Source of the DNA: Octopus vulgaris
Taxonomy: Eukaryota
DNA length: 64,000 bases
Direction of reading: 5' to 3'
Assembly (NCBI GenBank): GCA_951406725.2
Contig: OX597827.1
Span: 17,732,001-17,796,000, forward strand
Shown: positions 57,770-64,000 of the stretch, in pieces
How positions within the stretch are numbered: position 1 is the first letter of the stretch
How the letters are laid out: every line of letters begins with the position of its first letter
Position numbers and translations under genes: made by a program
Notes under the pieces: model-generated
The model's database searches: none
Told to the model about the DNA's origin: nothing
Seen by the model: the letters and a program-made list of their open reading frames with translations, nothing else

Positions 57770-58170
57770 CCAGAATCCTTGCCTCATATCGGATCAATCC
57801 CAAAATCTAATCAGTTCGTGCCAATCACGAGGCCACACATCCCAGAAAGTTTCATCCGAATCCATCCAGCGGTTCTTGAGATAACTTGTCAACGGACAAA
57901 CAAATAAATAAACAAATACTACTCAAAACAATACCTATTTCTTTATTACCCACAAGGGGCTAAACACAGAGGGGGACAAACAAGGGCAGACATAGGTATT
58001 AAGTCGATTACATCGACCTCAGTACGTAACTGGTACTTAATTTATCGACCCCGAAAGGATGAAAGGCAAAGTCGACGTCGGTGGAATTTGAACTCACAAC
58101 ATAACGGCAAACGAAATACGGCTACGCATTTCGCCTCGCCGCCTCCGCCTTCGCGAAGGCGAAGGAAATA
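57770..58170 (+). mobile_element. Helentron/DINE-1-like (HINE) 3' portion interrupted by a family B SINE
   Basis: AAGTTTCATCCGAATCCATCCAGCGGTTCTTGAGATA..ACAAAC, then terminal hairpin GCCTTCGCGAAGGC; SINE at about 57936-58140. Confidence 0.55.
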
Positions 58171-58480
58171 ATGCTTTTCTTTGTAGATGTTGGAGAAGCA
58201 TTATTCTTTTAAATACTTTTATTATTTTCAGTTAAATTATCTTGTTATGTTTATATAATGATGCAGAAACTTCCCTGACTTGAAATGACCACAGTTATCT
58301 CTAAATCTATAAGTGTTTAACCTTTTGCTCTCAATCTTTCACTTATTGTTTTTCTTAATTTTCTTCCTAACAAAATAAATATCTTCAATAAATATTTTCG
58401 TAAGAGAAATATAAACAAGATATTTTGTTTCAAACTGTCTTTAAAACTTGGTTTTCTCTGCGTACGTTATAACTGAAGAC

Positions 58481-59276
58481 GGATCTTTTCCTTTTGAACG
58501 ACAGATGTCAATACAATTTCTAGTTAACAAAACACTTTTAAACTTCGTATACTGGTAGAATGTGTTTATAAAACATCATTTTTTCTTGGCTTTATTGAGA
58601 AAATTCTATAGTTTGTAAGATATTTCGTCTGAAATTTCGAGCATTTCGGCAATTTTAACCAAGCGCTCACCTCTATTTGGGGTGAAAAGATTCCGTGCTG
58701 TATGAATGTGTCCCTTGTTTAAGAAACAGATTGGGTTTATTTATATTTGCGAAGAAAAAGAGATACCCTTCCCCCACCCCTAACCTTAACCCTAATCCTA
58801 AAATAGATTGAAATGCAATAGATTGATACTAGGGCCATAATTATGGGTGACATTTTCATTTGACACCGCCAGAAAAAAATCCCATTTTCCGTAGCGGTGT
58901 CGTATGAAATTGTCACCCATAATTATAACCCTAGTATCGATCTATTGCATTTCAATCTATTTTAGGATTAGGGTTAAGGTTAGGGGTGGGGGAAGGGTAT
59001 TGACACCGAAAGGTTGAAAGTCAAAGTCGACCACAATCTGTTTCTTAAACAAGGGACACTCATACAGCACGGAATCTTTTCACCCCAAATGGAGGTGAGG
59101 TTAAAATTGCCGAAATGCTCGAAATTTCAGATGAAATATCTTACAAACTATAGAATTTTCTCAATAAAGCCAAGAAAATGATGTTTTATAAACGCATTCT
59201 AACAGTATACGAAGTTTAAAAGTGTTTAGTTAACTAGAAATTGTATTGACATCTGCCGTTCAAAAGGAAAAGATCC
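58481..59276. mobile_element. Palindromic (head-to-head) GG-ended MITE with an 8-bp TSD
   Basis: The two halves are inverted copies; TSD CTGAAGAC/CTAAAGAC (7 of 8 match). Confidence 0.9.
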
Positions 59277-59439
59277 CTAAAGACGAATAAACAAATAGCG
59301 AATGACTAGCAGCGGAATAGCGAAACGAAGTTGGCAGGTGCAAGTATTTGAGCTTTTTCGAGGTGCGGGAAATGTGTTCGAACAATCTCAGAAGTTAATT
59401 TAATCGTGTATATATAAATGCTCTTGGGCGAAAGCGCAA

Positions 59440-59488
<49 letters not shown>

Positions 59489-59742
59489 AAGAAAGAAAGA
59501 AATGGGAGAGAAGGGGAAAGAAAGAGAGAGAGCGAATTTAGTGACTCTAACGCCCTCGTCAACTCGTATTTGTCCTTAATGGCGTAAGGAAATGTAAAAA
59601 CTGAAAAAGCATGGACGACGAAGCCATTTTGCCGTTCATCCCTTCGGAGTCGATAAATTAAGTACCAGTCGAGTACTGAGGTCGATGTAATTGACTATCC
59701 TCCTCCCCACATATTCCAGGCATTTTGCCTAAAGTAGAAAGG

Positions 59743-59790
<48 letters not shown>

Positions 59791-61480
59791 GAGTGAGAGA
59801 GCAGTGCATGCCATCAAAGTGACACTGGGGTACAAATATACGAAGCTCAGTATACCCATCATGACTACCTATCTGATAAGGGTATACCAGGCACATTGCA
59901 TCACAACCATATGTGCGCGACATGGTGATCTCATAACAAGATAAACAGCGCATGAGCTTGAAGGTGGGGCCCAGTTAGAATTTCCTTCTGGTTGGGTAAC
60001 CCATCCCACTCATTCTTTTTCTTCTTCTTCTTCTTCTTCTTCTTCTTCTTCTTCTTCTTCTTCTCCTCCTCCTCATCATCATCATCATCATCATCATCAT
60101 TATTATTATTATTATAAAGGCGCTAAATTCCATATACGTCTAGAAGATTTAATTTAACGTCATGAATAATGAAGCTACCAAGAAGTGTAACAAAAACACT
60201 AACAGTTATTCCCAGCTTATTACCAATTCAAATATTCTTGGTACATATTCGAACCCGTAAGAAAACCATTGTGTCTTGTCATGGAGAAAATTTCTTGCTG
60301 AAGGCAAAATAGTGTAAATACAACTAAAATCAAACCACAGCGCCACCTACTCGGACTGTGAAATGCTGCAAGCATTTCGGAGTTGTTATCTTCTCTTCAG
60401 TCACAGAAACCGGAAGGGCGTCCTACTAACATTTCTAGCTCCAGATATAATAAAGACAATAGTGAAACATGCTACGTGGTTGCTGTGCGTGCTAGAAATA
60501 TCAGCGAAATGTCCATCAATTTCAAGCCTATCTTCTTAAAAATAGGAAAACTTAGATTATATAGTTCCCGGTACATTAAACCTGGAAAACGACAGAATGG
60601 CCACAGGTGGAATATTTTTGATTATGTCTACTTGACCAGGGTAAACTGGGGCTAAACAACTACAAGAACACTAGAAATGAAGGAACTGGAAAAATATTGG
60701 CTTAAAATTGATTACAAATTTTGGCATAAGGCTGTAAGTGGTTTACTGGTAATTAGTTTATTGACACCGAAAGGTTGAAAGTCAAAGTCGACCACGGCGG
60801 CATTTGAGCTCAGAACATAATCTTTTCTACTATAGAGGCACAAGGCCTGAAATTTTGGATGAGGGGACCAGTTGATTAGATCGACCACAGTACTTGACTG
60901 GTACTTAATTTATCGATCCCGAAAAGATGAAAGGCAAAGTCAACTTCGGTGACATTTGAACTCAAAACATAATGATAGACGAAATGCCGCTAACCATTTT
61001 GCCCGAACGCAAACGACTCTTCTGACACGTCATCTAAATTGACTTAAAACTGATTTCAGATTTTGGCAGAAGGCCAGCAATTTCTGAGGAGCGGTTAAGT
61101 CTATTACATCGACCCTAATATTCAACTGTTACATATTTTACGGACCACTAAAGGATGAAAGGATGGAATAACTATCAGGCTTATAATAAAAATGTAAGCA
61201 GTGGGGGGGGGTCTATTCGTTCGACTAAAGTTATTCAAGGTCGTGCCCCAGGACGACCGCAGTCTAAATGACCGAAATAAGGTAAAAGAGAAAAGGGAAG
61301 AGGTAAAATAAAGAATAAGGACACAAACAACGACGCCCCGGTACATTACGGACGGGTCCATGATATAGAAACTTCAAACCAGAATCATTGGATGTCTATA
61401 AAAATTCTAAAGTAATAGACTTTTATTGTTTTTAAAACATACTATAAATTGGTAATTAAGTCAGTTGTAATTAAACTCAG

Positions 61481-62110
61481 GGATCTTTTCCTTTTGAACG
61501 GTAGACAATTTCTAGTTAACTAAACACCTTAAAACTTCGTATACTGGTAGAATGTGTCAAAATAAAACATTTTTTTTCTCTTGGCTTTCTTGAGAAAATT
61601 GTAATTTGTTTGTTTAACGTAGTTTAATTTTTCGAATTTTAACCAATCCTATGCTCTCTTTTTAGCTAAAATCATTTGCTGCGTCTAAAACTGAGACAAC
61701 ATCCTGTAACTAACCCTAAACCTCCCCCTAACCATAACCATAACCCTAAATTTAATTGTTACGAGTGTAAAAAAAACTAAAGCAATGGAATTAAATTAAT
61801 CTAACAATTAAGAAAAAAAATTAGGGTTAGGGTTAGGGTTAGGGGGGAGGTTTAGGGTTAGTTACAGGATGTTGTCTCAGTTTTAGACGCAGCAAATGAT
61901 TTTAGTTGAATGGAGGTAATCGATTGGTTAAAATTGCCGAAATGCTCGGATTTTCAGGCGAAATATCTTACAAACTATCGAATTTTCTCAATAAAGCCAA
62001 GAGAAAAAGAAAAGATGTTTTATAAACACATTCTACCAGTATACGAAGTTTAAAAGTGTTTAGTTAATGAGAAATTGTGTTGACATCTGCCGTTCAAAAG
62101 GAAAATATCC
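61481..62110. mobile_element. GG-ended MITE with 8-bp TSD AAACTCAG and long imperfect inverted arms carrying TAACCC/GGGTTA runs
   Basis: TSD at 61473-61480 and 62111-62118. Confidence 0.93.
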
Positions 62111-62971
62111 AAACTCAGTAATCAAAAGGTCCTTTAAAGGCTCATAAGGGATGAAAGGCAAAGTCGACCTCGGCGGTGTTTGAACTCAGAATGTAAAAAC
62201 GGACGAAATGCTGGTAAGGATTTTATCGGTGTGCTGACGATTCTGCCAGCTCGCTGCTTAAATCCACTTAAAATTACCTCCAGAAACAGAAGAGAAACAA
62301 ATAACGGATAATCAAACCAACTGGAAATATGAAAAAAACAAAAAAATAAAATAAAACTCGAGAGTCATTGCCGAGATTAATTAAACGAAATTAACAGCCG
62401 TTTTATGGTATATTTTACAGACATAAAACAACTCACCTTAGAATTTTTGTAGACACTGGAAGATTGCACACGTATGGTATAAATAATAGTTTATGAGCCA
62501 TTAAGGGACCTTTTGATTACCGAGTTTAATTACAACTTACTTAATTACCACTTTATAGCATCTTTTAAAAACAATAAAAGTCTATTACTTTAGAATTTTT
62601 ATAGATATTCAATGATTCTGGTTTGTAGTTTCTATATTATGGACCCGTCCGTAATGTAATCGTTGTTTGTGTCCTTATTCTTTACTTTACCTCTTCCCTT
62701 TTCTCTTTTATCTAATTTCGGTCATTTAGACTGCGGTCATCCTGGGGCACCACCTTGAATAACTTTAGTCGAACGAATAGACCCTCACCCCACCAGGGCT
62801 TATTTTCTTTAATTATAAGCCTGATATTTATTCCATTGATTCTCACTTTCCGAACCTCTAAGTAACGAGGACGGATATACACCAACACCGGTTGCCAAGC
62901 GGTGATAGGGACAAATACACACACACACACGCACATATATACATGCACATATATATAAATATATATATATA

Positions 62972-63790
62972 TTTTTTTTTTTTTAGGGAATATAAATTCC
63001 GGCATCACAGGGGTTCAAATTATTCTCAATGAGGAAATATATATTTTTTCTATTTAGACATAGTAGTCCCCTTCATCTCACCATATAAAAGAATTTTAAT
63101 TTAATTTAATGCTTACTACTCATTTCTCAGCTACACGTGTTTCTTGAGGTTCTTTTTTACGATATTTTTTACGACATTTCTTTTACGTTACCCTTAAGTT
63201 ATTTATACTTTGTAAATTTTTAATTTTTATCATTCGTATCATTTGTAAATTTTCTTTTTGCATTTTGTCCATCGTACTATAGTTTTTATTTGAAAATATT
63301 TATTTTTCATTGCTTTCAGTTTTATTCGAATATATTTATTTGTCATTGCCTTCATTATTATATCATCACAAGTATATATTTTATATTTATCCCTATTAAT
63401 TTTATATGAAAGTTTACAGGCATAAGTTACGTGAGAATTTAGTTTTTGTAAATTTTATTTTTTATTCGTATTTTTTATTTTTATTTGTTATTTTTTATTT
63501 GAATTAAATTAGGGCTTGCACAGTAAGGTCCGGCGATCCTATTTACACATACACATACTTATATGTTAAAATTAAAATATAGTATTTGGTATCAAACTAT
63601 GATAAAGTTATTTAGGGGCCTAATGATTAGGGTTACATTTTAATAAAGGTTCCTGTAAAACACTGCGTGCTTAAGGAACTGTAAAAGAACCTCAAGAAAC
63701 ACGTGTAGCTGAGAAATGAGTAGTAAGTATTAAATTAAATTAAAATTCTTTTATATGGTGTGATAATGGGGACTACTATCTCCAAATAAT
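62972..63790 (+). mobile_element. Fold-back hammerhead element (arms 63051-63160 and 63681-63788) nested in the microsatellite of a family A SINE
   Basis: ~110-bp inverted repeats; motif CTAATGA (G5A)-TTAGGGTT..AACCTCAA-GAAAC-ACGT-GTA-GC at 63620-63709. Confidence 0.75.
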
Positions 63791-63800
63791 ATATATATAT

Positions 63801-63850
<50 letters not shown>

Positions 63851-64000
63851 CAGTTTCCGTCTACGAAATCCACTCACAAGGCTTTGGTCGGCTTGCAGTT
63901 ATATTGTTGTAGTAGAAGAACCATGTGGTTGGGAATCAGACTTCTTACTACACAGCCACTTCACCAAAATAGATCTATGGGAGCATAAAATAACAGGACC

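Overview
AT-rich, microsatellite-saturated eukaryotic DNA with no recognisable host exon. The SINE families, TTAGGG-like repeats and repeat density suggest an octopus (cephalopod) intergenic or intronic region; this is inference. Almost all ORFs in the track are microsatellite artefacts. Supported content: R4/Dong-clade LINE 3' ends and a ~500-bp non-coding element inside (AAT)n arrays; an L1/Tx1-like fragment; Tc1, mariner and hAT remnants; four GG-ended MITEs (three with 8-bp TSDs); four non-autonomous Helitrons, one carrying a frameshifted stand-alone STPR (23-aa repeat) gene; and several tRNA-derived SINE families. The main finding is a dense set of short non-coding elements carrying type I hammerhead ribozymes. 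I found five complete cores, plus several motifs with one core change and several degenerate ones. Stem III is reduced to a self-complementary palindrome, many elements have a fold-back (inverted-arm) architecture, and they sit in (TA)n tracts, often inside other SINEs or Helitrons. They look like a diverse family of Penelope-type non-autonomous retrozymes. All structures were read by eye; coordinates of degenerate elements are approximate.
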